Shown here piece by piece: positions 12,208 to 24,418 of a stretch of DNA of 64,000 nt. Location of the stretch: the NCBI GenBank assembly GCA_951406725.2, contig OX597841.1, positions 11,718,001-11,782,000 on the forward strand, given 5' to 3'. The position numbers were made by a program, and so were the translations under genes. Within the stretch, counting starts at the first letter, position 1, and each line of letters starts with the position of its first letter. This DNA is from Octopus vulgaris. Its lineage: Eukaryota. Under the pieces are notes generated by a model, which saw only the letters and a list, made by a program, of their open reading frames with translations, did not search any database and was not told the DNA's origin.

Positions 12208-13100
12208 TGTAAAAATCACTCACTAACTCTCAGAGTGCTTGGTATGCTTCAACAGGTGTTGACAAGCTGCAGGGCCACACCAGGCCCCATTCATCTGTTT
12301 TGGCACTCCTCCTACAGCTGGATGCCCTTCCTAATGCCAACCACTTTACAAAGTGCACTGGGTGTTTTTGACTTGGCCCCAGTGTGGGAACATTTTACAT
12401 GGTCCTAGCCGAAGCGCTCCATACATAGTGCAAGCACTGAGGGTCTTTATGTGGTGCTGGCAAGGGCACTCTTCACTTGGCACTGGAACCATTGCCTTCC
12501 GAATATACATTTTGTTGTTCTACCTTCATTATTCTCTCACCTTTTTTATTTCATCTGCCATTATGTTCTGAGTTCAAATTCCACCAAGGTTGACTTTGCC
12601 TTTCATCCTTTTGGGGTCGATAAATTAAGTACCAGCTGCGTCTCACTTTTCTTATTTCATCTGCCGTTACATTCTGAGTTCAAATTTCACCAAGGTTGAC
12701 TTTGCCTTTCATCCTTTTGGGGTCGATAAATTAAGTACCTATTTCTTTACTACCCACAAGGGGCTAAACACAGAGAGGACAAGCAAGGACAGACAAACGG
12801 ATCAAGTCGATTATATCGACCCCAGTGCGTAACTGGTACTTATTTAATCGACCCCCAAAAGGATGAAAGGCAAAGTTGACCTTGGTGGAATTTGAACTCA
12901 GAACGTAACGGCAGTCGAAATACAGCTACACATTTCGCCCGGTGTTCTAACAATTCTGCCAGCTCGCCGCCTGATAAATTAAGTACCAGCTGCGTACTGA
13001 GGTTGATTTAATCGACATCCCCCTCTCCCACCAAATTTCAGGCCTTGTGCCTATGGTAGAAATTATTATTCTCTCACTTTTCTTTCTTCTCTCTCAATAG

Positions 13101-13281
13101 GTCAGCCGAGAAGACTGTACTGAATCTTGCCTCTAATGATCTGCTCTGCAGCTGCTGTCTTCGGAAGCAGTCAGAAGCACCGGTGGAGGAGCTGCTGAAG
13201 AAAACATCGGATGCAATTTTGAAAAGACGAGTAAACGAGACGAGGGAAGAGATTGGCAAAATCATGAAGAGGGTGGATAAT
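13101..13281 (+). CDS. Coiled-coil gene exon
   Basis: ctctcaatag|...|gtgagt; SAEKTVLNLASNDLLCSCCLRKQSEAPVEELLKKTSDAILKRRVNETREEIGKIMKRVDN; phase 2 to 0. Confidence 0.85.
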
Positions 13282-13980
13282 GTGAGTGATGAATGATGGG
13301 GTCAGTTGTCGTGGTAGTGTGTGTGTGCGTGTGTGTGTGTAATATTTGATGAAATCAAATTTAGGTGGGAATTACAAAACAAATTGTTAAAACAATAATT
13401 GGACCAGATGTGCGTAATGTACATGATGAGTAATGTAAGTGACGAGTAATGTGAGTGACAAGTAATGTGAGTAACGAGTAATGGGGTCAGTTGTCGTGGT
13501 GGTAGTGTGTGTGTGTGTGTAATATTTGATGAAATCAAATTTAGGTGGGAATTACAAAACAAATTGTTAAAACAATAATTGGACCAGATGTGCGTAATGT
13601 GCGTGACGAGTAATGTGAGTGACGAGTAATGTGAGTGACGAGTAATGTGAGTGACGAGTAATGTGAGTGACGAGTAATGTGAGTGACGTGTTCTGTGAGT
13701 GATGAGTGATGAGTAATGGGGGTCACTGGTCGTGATGGTAGTATGTGTGTGTGTGTGTGTGTAATATTTGTGACGTGTTCTGTGAGTGACGAGTGACGAG
13801 TAATGTGAGTGACGAGTGATGAGTAATGTGAGTGATGAGTAATGTGAGTGACGAGTAATGGGGTCAGTTGTCGTGATGGTAGTGTGTGTGTGTGTAATAT
13901 TTGACGAAATCAAATTTAGGTGGGAATTACAAAACAAATTGTTAAAACAATAATTGGTCCAGATGTGCGTAATGTGCAGC
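13282..13980. repeat. Three copies of a ~120-bp block interleaved with a 16-bp gtgagtgacgagtaat minisatellite
   Basis: aatatttgatgaaatcaaatttaggtggg... recurs at ~13341, ~13521, ~13896. Confidence 0.85.
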
Positions 13981-14311
13981 AAAGTGCATTTCATGCTGCA
14001 CTTGTAGCAAAATATGACTCTTGTAAATATGGCGCTGCAGTCTTTTGTGCAGCACGGGTCGCAGTGGACACAACACTATCTTATCTACAGCAGTATTCTT
14101 TAACTCTTTTACTTGTTTCAGTCATTTGACTGTGGCCAAGCTGGAGCACCGACTTTTAGTCGAATCAAATCGACCCCAGGACTTATTCTTTGTAAGCCTA
14201 GTACTTATTCTATCAGTCTGTTTTGCCGAACTGCTAAGTTACAGGGACATAAACACACCCGCATTTGGCAAAAATAGAAGAAAAATAATGAAATCAAACA
14301 GTCCTTGGTTA

Positions 14312-14370
14312 ATTATGGACGTACGTTTCTGGATTAAAATCGTTAGATTCATTTCCTTTATCAACATAAT
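14312..14370 (-). ncRNA. Minimal hammerhead, U3:A8 compensatory variant
   Basis: AUUAUG-UUGAUAA-aGGA..GAAUC uaac GAUUU..UCCa-GAAA-CGUACG-UC-CAUAAU; stem III palindrome ACGUACGU. Confidence 0.75.
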
Positions 14371-14659
14371 ATTCCGGTTGATTTCATTATTTTTCTTCTT
14401 TTTTTGCCATATGTGAGTTGCAAATATTGTTGTCTGTGGAGACATATTTTTGTAGAAAAAGGAAATAGTAGTCCTTTGGCTGCTATTTCTAAAATTTTTC
14501 AGTATGTGGTCATGCAACTTGTTGCAAACCCTTATTGTTATAATTATATAAACTTTTACCGAATATGGTCCTTTTTCCATACCGAAATACAACTAGGTGA
14601 AATTTGTTGATTTTATTAAATTAATTATCTTTCACCCTCTATCTGTAATGATTATACAT

Positions 14660-14717
<58 letters not shown>

Positions 14718-14981
14718 AATCATTACAGATATAGGGTGAAAGATAATTAATTTTGCTAGAAAGAGGTAGAAACTGATCAGTCCGGGATGTATCGTTAATG
14801 GTAAATGTTTTTGATTTTCACTCTCGATAAATTTATCCCTTTTTTGTGTCCCTAGCACTTGGCATCCTTATTTAGGAGCCCTTAATCATATTTCTATATG
14901 AATAATATTTTGTCTAATGACTAATTTGTCTTTTGTGCTGGGCCACTGGTAGTAATCTATGTTATTACCCTTTTTTGATTT

Positions 14982-15016
<35 letters not shown>

Positions 15017-15307
15017 GATGGGATTCTTTCAATTTCTGTCTACCAAATCCACTCACAAGGCTTTGGTTTGTCTGAGGCTATAGTTGAAGACACTTGCCCA
15101 AGGTGCCACGCAGTGGCACTGAACCCAGAACCATGTGATTGGGAAGCAAGCTTCTTACCAAACACCCATACCTGCACCTTGAAATTCTTTGTGAATGTTT
15201 GTTGAGGGTGTCTTACAATACTGGAAGTAATTTTTCATAAATGTCTCAGATTAAAACTGACCAAGGCTAAACAACCACCGTAATGCCAGTTTTCTCTCCG
15301 TACACAG

Positions 15308-15394
15308 ATCTATGGAGCATATCTGCAGAATCAAAAGGATGTACAGTGTTTGGAAGATGCTGATGTTCCAAGCTTCAAGTGTATCACAGATATC
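15308..15394 (+). CDS. Coiled-coil gene exon
   Basis: tacacag|IYGAYLQNQKDVQCLEDADVPSFKCITDI|gtgagt; phase 0/0. Confidence 0.85.
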
Positions 15395-15807
15395 GTGAGT
15401 ATTTGCTTTATGGTGGTGAATGAAGGAATTTAGTATTGGTGATGAAACCTTGCAAAGCTAAGTATATATTTCTATTTAAGATTTTTAAATTTTAAAATTT
15501 AAAATATTTTAATAAGTCTTATTGTATAAGTTTGTATTCTATATGAATACTGATTGTTATGTAATGGTTTAGTTATCGAAGTTATGTATATAATTATTAA
15601 CTCTACGTTTAACTCTAATTTTAACTCTACGTTTATTTGTAAGACTTTACTTAGCCAAAGAGATTTATAGATTGTTAATAGTTATACGAGTTTTTTTAAA
15701 GTTAGGTTTCATGTCTATACATTTATTGATAGCATAAATTTTAGTCCTTAATAACTATATTTGTTGATAGTTATTTAGTTAATATTTTAAATATATATAT
15801 ATATCTA

Positions 15808-15841
<34 letters not shown>

Positions 15842-15943
15842 GTATTTTTGTAATAAGAGTAGATCGTATACGAGTGGGTATATATTTGTAAAAAAGAAGT
15901 TTGAAAACGCCACTATATTAGATAAATTTTAATTTTCTTATGA

Positions 15944-15988
15944 ATTTTACATGTTTCGGTTCTTGAAAAAACGAACCTTATCAAAAAT
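15944..15988 (-). ncRNA. Minimal hammerhead, U3:A8 variant, in an AT-rich element (~15460-16035)
   Basis: AUUU-UUGAUAA-GGUUC-loop-GAACC-GAAA-CAUG-UA-AAAU; palindromic ACAUGU. Confidence 0.7.
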
Positions 15989-16031
15989 ATTATAAAAAGT
16001 GCAATGGAAAAGTTCATAATCGTTTCTTACT

Positions 16032-16077
<46 letters not shown>

Positions 16078-16827
16078 GTTTAAATATTTGTTGTGCAAGA
16101 TTTTTTTTATGTGAAGTCGTGTGTTGAAACAGATATTGTTATATTTCGGAATGGTCATATTGCCAGTTTAGCCAATAAAAACACACGCACTATATATTTG
16201 GTGTTATTTTGCTTCAGTGATATTTATTTTTTACATTAATCTTAATCTTATTTCGGCCAAAGTTCTTTCGTCACACTCCTGTGACCGCATCAGTGGTCCT
16301 TTGTTTTCTTCTCACTTACTTGTGTCTCTCCTTACTAACCGTCAGCCATTTTGTATTTCTATTGTATGTCTTCATTTGCGCATGCTTATATCTCTATGTG
16401 CGTCTATGTTTATTTAGTGTGTGTGTGGGGGGGATGCCTGTAATATTTGTATCTTCTGGTTATATACATTCTTGTAATTTGTATTTTGTTTTTGTTGTTG
16501 TTGCTTTTGTTCTAATTTTATTCATGTGTTTACATCCACCCATTATTATCATTACATATGCTTGTATGTATGTATAACAACAATATTAGTAATAATAATA
16601 ATAAATCTAATCGAGAAAAAAAAAAAAAAAAAAAAAGAATATACATATACATATATATATATATACATACATATACATATACATATATATATATATATAT
16701 ATACATATATACACACATATATACACATATACATATACATATATATACACATATACATATATATAGATATTCATTTCTATTTCTTTAATTACCTGTGTAT
16801 TTATTATGTTTACAGGATCCACTATTG

Positions 16828-17782
16828 TCATATGTTGTGGTGTGCGCTATTGCTCCATTCTAGTTTTCTATTCAGGCTAGGTTTATTTTCTATTATATGT
16901 GTAGCTTCTGTAATTTGTCTAATTGTTGCATCTGTTCTATGTGTGGACAATATCTTAATCTCTATGTTATTGATTGATCCCCCGTGTTCTTGTTCGGCGT
17001 GTTGGTACAGAATCGATGAGCTTTTACCTTCCTTGAGTTGTCTCCAATGTTCATTCACCCGCTCACCAATGCTTCTTGCAGTTTCCCCTACGTATGTTAC
17101 TGTCTTGTTACTGCATCGTCCCTCTATACATCTTATACTATAGACCACATTTCTGGCTTTACAGTTCGTTTGTGGGCTAAATCTACATACAGTGCAATAG
17201 TTATCCGTACAGAGAGTTCTACTAAAAGGATAGGTTCTACCAATTATAGATCTGATAGGGTTGCCTGGCTTTTCAACAACCTTAATTCTTAGTTTAAGTT
17301 TATCTAGGGTCCTTCTAAAGCGGTACGCTAGTTCACCTCCAGGGGTGGTGTCAACGAACATGACACTCTGGTATTTATGGCTATCATACCAAGAGTTGGC
17401 CTTCCTTATTTTCTTTTTTGTCCTTTCTATAGTGTTCCATGACTTGTTCCTATAGAGTGGGCAAATCCCATTCCTATCATTACATAATATATTATCAAAT
17501 TTCTTCATGGCTCCTTTGTATACTCTGATCCTTTCTTTATGGCTGTAACCTGAGAACTGCATGCGGTGAATGAAATACTGTATGTGTCTCTTTAATTCTG
17601 TAGGCTCGCACATGCGTGACACATTTCTCATTATTCTGACGAGGTCTGCCATCAAAATATTGAATTTGGCATTGCCCGCAATGGCTGAGTTCCAGTGGAT
17701 CAGGTATTTTGAGGCCATAGGTTTTGCATAGTATGAATGAAGGATTTGGGTTTTATTTTTCACAATATCTAGCCAGAGTTCA
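16828..17782 (-). CDS. PLE ORF fragment: end of RT, thumb, Cys-rich linker, GIY-YIG endonuclease
   Basis: YAKPMAS...SGY...[25 protein letters not shown]...[16 protein letters not shown]...H...H...EA...LNRKLEW. No stops; truncated at the inverted-repeat junction. Confidence 0.9.
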
Positions 17783-18272
17783 GTAATTAAAGAAATAGAA
17801 ATGAATATCTATATATATGTATATGTGTATATATATGTATATGTATATGTGTATATATGTGTGTATATATGTATATATATATATATATATATGTATATGT
17901 ATATGTATGTATATATATATATATGTATATGTATATTCTTTTTTTTTTTTTTTTTTTCTCGATTAGATTTATTATTATTATTACTAATATTGTTGTTATA
18001 CATACATACAAGCATATGTAATGATAATAATGGGTGGATGTAAACACATGAATAAAATTAGAACAAAAGCAACAACAACAAAAACAAAATACAAATTACA
18101 AGAATGTATATAACCAGAAGATACAAATATTACAGGCATCCCCCCCACACACACACTAAATAAACATAGACGCACATAGAGATATAAGCATGCGCAAATG
18201 AAGACATACAATAGAAATACAAAATGGCTGACGGTTAGTAAGGAGAGACACAAGTAAGTGAGAAGAAACAAA

Positions 18273-18317
18273 GGACCACTGATGCGGTCACAGGAGTGTG
18301 ACGAAAGAACTTTGGCC
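18273..18317 (+). ncRNA. Hammerhead-like motif in pseudo-LTR (A9C variant); mirror copy 16255-16299 (-)
   Basis: GGACCA-CUGAUGC-g-GUCACA ggag UGUGAC-GAAA-GAAC-UU-UGGCC. Confidence 0.55.
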
Positions 18318-18431
18318 GAAATAAGATTAAGATTAATGTAAAAAATAAATATCACTGAAGCAAAATAACACCAAATATATAGTGCGTGTGTTTTTATTGG
18401 CTAAACTGGCAATATGACCATTCCGAAATAT

Positions 18432-18472
<41 letters not shown>

Positions 18473-18592
18473 CGTATAGACATATGCATGTGTGCGTGTG
18501 TATACACACACATGCACACGCGCATATGCATGTATAACGAACTTATTGTATCAAGTGCCCCAGATGTATATGTATGTATTTTTCTGATACAG

Positions 18593-18637
18593 AAGCAGTT
18601 GGAACAAATCCTGAGAGACCAGGTGAAGAAACAACAG
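18593..18637 (+). CDS. Coiled-coil gene exon
   Basis: tttctgatacag|KQLEQILRDQVKKQQ|gtgaga; phase 0/0. Confidence 0.8.
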
Positions 18638-18986
18638 GTGAGAATTCTATGTTGAAAGCTTATTAAACACCTGCACGTGTGTGTGTGTGTGTGTGTATAG
18701 GTATATAATGAAATCGCTAAAAGAAAGTACAGGGATATTGTGATGATGGGGGTGGAGGAATCTGATGTCTCAGAGAGAGGCCTTCCTTATAGGAAAAGTT
18801 GAAAGGAGAGTGTTAAATGATATGGTTATTGACAATTTGTCTATTTTCAGCATTTTGGGGCATTGGAATTTTTTTCTTCTGCTCTTGTTTATAAGTTGTT
18901 TATAAATTTAACCTTTAAAGGTATTTTTTAATTTGCTGGCCATTTATAAAATTTTTTTAGAAAAATTTTATTCTATATTAGATAAA

Positions 18987-19029
<43 letters not shown>

Positions 19030-19032
<3 letters not shown>

Positions 19033-19434
19033 TCTTTACTCTTTTTTACTCTTTTACTTGTTTCAGTCATTTGACTGCGGCCATGCTGGAGCACCGCCTT
19101 TAGTCGAGCAACTTGATCCCGGGACTTATTCTTTTGTAAGCCCGGTACTTATTCTATCGGCCTCTTTTGCCGAACCGCTAAGTAATGGGGACATAAACAC
19201 ACCAGCATTGGTTGTCAAGCAATGCTAGGGGGACACAGACACACAAACACACACACGCATATATATATACATATATACGACAGGCTTCTTTCAGTTTCCG
19301 TCTACCAAATCCACTCACAAAGCTTTGGTCGGCCCGAGGCTATAGTAGAAGACACTTGTCCAAGGTGCCATGCAGTGGGACTGAACCCAGAACCATGTGG
19401 TTGGCAAACAAGGTACTTACCACACACAGTCACT

Positions 19435-19484
<50 letters not shown>

Positions 19485-19834
19485 TACGACGGGCTTCTTT
19501 CAGTTTTTGTCTACCAAATCCACTCACAAGGCTTTGGTCGGCCCGAGGCTGTAGTAGAAGACACTTGCCCAAGGTGCCATGCAGTGGGACTGAACCCAGA
19601 ACCATGTGGTTGGCAAACAAGCTACTTACCACACAGCCACTCTTACACCTATATATATATATATATATATACATATATACGACGGGCTTCTTTCAGTTTT
19701 TGTCTACCAAATCCACTCACAAGGCTTTGGTCGGCCCGAGGCTATAGTAGAAGACACTTGACCAAGGTGCCATGCAGTGGGACTGAACCTGGAACCATGT
19801 GGTTGGCAAACAAGCTACTTACCACACAGCCACT

Positions 19835-19883
<49 letters not shown>

Positions 19884-20235
19884 GTATATATGACGGGCTT
19901 CTTTCAGGTTCCGTCTACCAAATCCACTCACAAGGCTTTGGTCAGCCCGAGGCTATAGTAGAAGACACTTGCCCAAGGTTCCACGCAGTGGGACTGAACC
20001 CGGAACCATGTGGTTGGTAAACCAGCTACTTACCATACAGCCACTCCTACGCCTATATATATATACATATATACGACGGGCTTCTTTTCAGTTTCCGTCT
20101 ACCAAATCCACTCACAAGGCTTTGGTCGGCCCGAGGCTATAGTAGAAGACACCTGCCTAAGGTGCCATGCAGTGGGACTGAACGCGGAACCATGTGGTTG
20201 GTTAGCAAGCTACTTACCACACAGCCACTCCTGCA
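19030..20235 (-). mobile_element. SINE with five tandem copies of its 5' (tRNA/core) half separated by (TA)n
   Basis: Repeated ggcttctttcagttt...cacagccactcct blocks at ~19280, 19490, 19685, 19895, 20080. Confidence 0.85.
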
Positions 20236-20405
20236 TATATATATATATATATATATCCTTAAAAAAAAAAAAAGAAATCCTTAAAAATGTTGCAGCCCAA
20301 AGGCCACGGCCAAGCTGGGGCACCACCGTTGAATGAGCTACACTAATATATATATACACACACACACTATACAATGTGCTTTATTCTCTCTCTTCTGTCT
20401 CACAG

Positions 20406-20489
20406 TATCAAAAACAAGTAACGGTGTTCCTCGTTGGTTATTCCGAGTTGTGTAACCAGAAGCATCGACTCCTTGGTGAACTTCAAGAG
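20406..20489 (+). CDS. Coiled-coil gene exon
   Basis: tctcacag|YQKQVTVFLVGYSELCNQKHRLLGELQE|gtacgt; phase 0/0. Confidence 0.85.
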
Positions 20490-20599
20490 GTACGTGCTAC
20501 ACCTGTCCTTTAACTCTCCCCAACAAAAGTTCAATCTCAAGGCTGTTCATTCTTCCCCTTATCACCACTAATTGGTCCTCTGGTACTCAGCTGCTACTG

Positions 20600-20920
20600 C
20601 TGCTGCTGCTTCAGGTGTTTGCTTGATGGGGCTTGGGGCCATCGCAGGTTAGTGGACCCAGAGAGTAAAAATTTTTTACTCCTTCCAGGACTCTGACAAC
20701 TATTGGTACTACTACCACCTTTTTTCATCAACCACAACTGTTCAACGTCCCAAGCTAACCTGTCATATTTATCGACTTTTCTTTCTTCCTTATCGCATAC
20801 CTTGTTGTCAGCTGGGCATGATCTATCTATCATCCAGCTTCGTTTGTTTTCTTTCTCAATTAACACCACGTCTGGCTTCCTATTCTCTATTTCATGGTCA
20901 CGCTGAATCATAAAATCCCA
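20600..20920 (-). mobile_element. Dong/R4-like non-LTR element, RLE endonuclease remnant beside (TAA/TAC)n
   Basis: LWDFMIQRDHEIENRKPDVVLIEK...IDRSCP...EERKVDKYDRLAWDVEQLW (PD..D...K..KY restriction-like endonuclease motif). Confidence 0.8.
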
Positions 20921-20980
20921 TAATAATAATACTAATAATATTACTACTACTACTGCTACTACTACTACTACTACTACTAC

Positions 20981-21023
<43 letters not shown>

Positions 21024-21819
21024 ACTACTATTACTACTAATAATAATAATAATATTACTACTACTACTACTACTACTACTACTAATAATAATAATAATAA
21101 TATTACTACTACTACTACTACTACTACTACTATATTACTACTACTACTACTACTAATAATAATAATAATACTGATGATGATGATGATGATGATGTTCTTT
21201 GTTTCATTTTCTTTTATGGATTTCATTTGTCCCCTACTTTGACTTGTCTCTTCTCGTCTTCGTCCTCCTCGGCAACCAACCAAATCACTCTGACACATCA
21301 CATGCCTCCCTGCATGGCATTGCATTGCACCACCACCAACACTACCATCGCCATCACTGCCACCCACTCCATCATTACCAACACAACCACCACTACTCCT
21401 ACCCCACCATTCCATCATCAACACCACCAACACTACCACCCACCGCATCATTACCAACACAACCACCACTACTCCTACCCCACCATTCCACCTCGAACAC
21501 TACCACCACCACTGCCAACACTACCATCATCATCACTGTCACCCACCCCATTATTACCAACACAACCACCACTACTCCTACCCCACCATTCCATCAACAC
21601 CACCAACACTACCACCCACCGCATCATTACCAACACAACCACCACTACTCCTACCCCACCATTCCACCTCGAACACTACCACCACCACTGCCAACACTAC
21701 CATCATCATCACTGTCACCCACCCCATTATTACCAACACAACCACCACTACTCCTACCCCACCGTTCCATCATCAACACCAACACCAACACCACTACACA
21801 TCAACATTCCACTCTAAAG

Positions 21820-22154
21820 TTCTTCACCAATCAAAACCAACAAATATGGTCGCCATTGCTAGAGGAGGAGGAGGAGGGTGAGGAGGAGGAGGATGAGGGT
21901 GAGGAGGAGGAGGAGGAGGGTGAGGAAGAGGCAGAGTTCGAAATGGAGGTGGAGGAAGTGGAAGGCAGAGAGAAGGCATCAGTGAGCTGTGACCTAATCA
22001 ACAACGTGACCATCACCCAAGAGCACCAAGTCTCTCTGTCACGGCGCCTGGCTGACATCAAACGGAAAATGGTGAGACATCTTGTGATGCGTGCTGGAGC
22101 TTCAAACGATGCAGCAACCAGTGGTGGTGGTGGTGGCGGTGGCAGGAAGACGAG
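21820..22154 (+). CDS. Coiled-coil gene exon (Glu-rich)
   Basis: ctaaag|FFTNQNQQIWSPLLEEEE...SRRLADIKRKMVRHLVMRAG...GRKT ag|gtgagt; phase 0 to 2. Confidence 0.75.
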
Positions 22155-22319
22155 GTGAGTAAGAGGGTGGTGTGTGGTGTGTGGTGTGCAGTAGGAGGGG
22201 TGACAGGACTGGGTGGCATGCTGGATGGTAAGTATGCTCAGTGGTATTTTGCCCATTGCTACATCCCGAATTGAAATTCTACCAAGGTCAACTTTGCCCT
22301 TTGTTCTTTTGGGGTCGAT

Positions 22320-22765
22320 TAATTAAGTACTGGAGATGTACTTGCATAGCAAGTGACCTGATCTGAGATAGTGTGCTGAAATGAAAACAATTGCAGCGTG
22401 GAAGGTGTTTGTAAGCCATTTAAGAAACACACAAAAGCCGTTCGATTCACTTCAACATTTAAGTTTAATTTGTCAAAATATTTTCGTCACTTTAAGACCG
22501 CGACCTGTTCACTGACAAAAATCAGTATGATGTTTGTAGACCATTGTTGGAGACCACCTCTGCACATTGATTGCCAAAGGACGTAGCAAGTTACCTGCAC
22601 AAGTCAGGTGTTACTTTCTTCTATTCCTCTTCTAATATCTCCGGTCTTAAAGCGACGAAAATATTTTAACAAATTAAACTTAAATGTTGAAGTGAATCGA
22701 ACGGCTTTTGTGTGTTTCTTAAATGGCTTACAAACACCTTCCACGCTGCAATTGTAATTAAGTAC
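22320..22765 (-). mobile_element. ~425-bp HHR-bearing element with internal 113-bp inverted repeat and 11-bp TSD
   Basis: TSD taattaagtac at 22320-22330 and 22755-22765; inverted repeat 22388-22500/22642-22754. Confidence 0.8.
22469..22519 (-). ncRNA. Minimal hammerhead, G3:C8 swapped variant
   Basis: UUUGUCA-GUGAACA-g-GUCGC-loop-GUGAC-GAAA-AUAU-UU-UGACAAA; 7-bp stem I; palindromic AAUAUU. Confidence 0.7.
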
Positions 22766-22855
22766 CATTTGAACACTTGAGTTGATGTCCCCTCACCCAA
22801 AATTTCAGGCCTTGTGCCTTTAGTAGAAATTATTATTATTATTATTATTATTATT

Positions 22856-23405
22856 GATTGAGAGAGCAGTGCATGCCATCAAAGTGACACTGGGGTAAAA
22901 TATACGAAGCCCAGTATACCCGTTATGACTACCCGTCTGATAAGGGTACACCAGGCACATGCATCACAACCATATGTGCGAGACATGGTGATCTCATATC
23001 AAGATAAACAGCGCATGACCTTGCAAGTGGGGCCCAGTTAGAATTTTCTTCTGGTCGAGTAGCCCATCCCACTCAAAAGGTCCCTGAATAAGGGCTGTTT
23101 AAGGATGTTGAACGAAACACCCATGTTTCCAGAGGTGAAATATCCAACCCTCTAAGAATCCCTCTCAGCCCATGGCCATGATGCTCCTCCACTACTTCTG
23201 ATCGTGATCAGAGGTGCACATATCGTCATCCACAAAGGGACATGGTCAACTGGTTAAAGTCAAGCAAATGACAAGCAAATTGAGCAGAATATTTGCTGTA
23301 GGCCATCTTTTACATCAAGACAAAACAATGTACATGATAACACTTCCAATCAGTTCAGCTCAAAAGCCATGAGAGCCACTGTCTGGTACTGCATCAGGGC
23401 ATTTA
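22856..23405. mobile_element. Unclassified ~550-bp interspersed element within (TAT)n
   Basis: Complex non-coding block bounded by tattat repeats; no ORF. Element identity is inferred. Confidence 0.4.
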
Positions 23406-23623
23406 TTATCAGTATTATTTTTCTTTATTGCCCACAAGGGGCTAAACATAGAGGGGACAAACAAGGACAAAGGGATTAAGTCGATGGTAGTGGTGGTAAT
23501 GATGGAGTGGGGCGCTATCATAGCTGTGGTGGTGGTGGTGGTAGTGTGGTGGTGATGATGACGATGATGTTTGCAGCATATTACTTTATATAAATTCCTC
23601 TTTTCCTTGTCACCAATTTCCAG

Positions 23624-23706
23624 GAACCGAAAGAAAGTCGGAAAGCCTTCCCAGCAAACCAAGGATATTTCATCTCTCCAATACAGAATCAAACAACTGA
23701 CTTCTG
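23624..23706 (+). CDS. Coiled-coil gene exon
   Basis: tttccag|NRKKVGKPSQQTKDISSLQYRIKQLTS|gtaact; phase 2 to 1. Confidence 0.8.
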
Positions 23707-23721
23707 GTAACTTCTCTAACT

Positions 23722-23756
<35 letters not shown>

Positions 23757-24372
23757 GTTTACTGTTTTTGCTCCTTTACTAGTTCGAGCCAAAGGGCCGT
23801 AGCCCTCCATCTGGGACCCCACTACTGTTGTTCTCTCTTTACTCTTTACTCTTTTCAGTCATTTGACTGCGGCCATGCTGGAGCACCACCTTTAGTCGAG
23901 CAACTCAACCCCGGGACTTATTCTTTTGTAAGCCCTGTACTTATTCTATCCTATATATTCATAGGAGTGGCTGTGTGGTAAGTAGCTTGCTTACCAACCA
24001 CATGGTTCCAGGTTCAGTCCCACTGCATGGCACCTTGGGCAAGTGTCTTCTACTATAGCCCCGGGTCGACCAAAGCCTTGTGAGTGGATTTGGTAGACGG
24101 AAACTGAAAGAAGCCCGTCGCATATATGTATATATATATATATATGTATGTATGTGTGTATATGTTTGTGTGTGTGTGTTTGTACCCCCAACATCGCTTG
24201 ACAACCGATGCTGGTGTGTTTACGTCCCCGTAACTTAGCGGTTCGGCAAAAGAGACCAATAGAATATGTACTAGGCTTGCAAAGAATAAGTCCTGGGGTC
24301 GATTTGCTCGACTGAAAGGCCACAGTCAAATGACCAAAACAAGTAAAAGAGAAAAAGAGTAAGATATGTATA

Positions 24373-24414
<42 letters not shown>

Positions 24415-24418
<4 letters not shown>

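Larger units (their letters stand above)
16077..18439 (-). mobile_element. Young 5'-truncated Penelope-like retroelement with inverted pseudo-LTRs, inserted in (TA)n
   Basis: 16133-16792 is a near-perfect inverted repeat of 17783-18439; both flanks are (TA)n; internal uninterrupted ORF. Confidence 0.92.

Noticed and set aside
16077-18439. DNA transposon with long TIRs encoding a nuclease
   Set aside because: The ORF is the RT-thumb plus GIY-YIG of a Penelope-like retroelement truncated at the repeat junction; the arms are unequal pseudo-LTRs.
23340-23402. Possible HDV-like ribozyme at the end of the (TAT)n-inserted element
   Set aside because: Could not build the nested double pseudoknot by eye.
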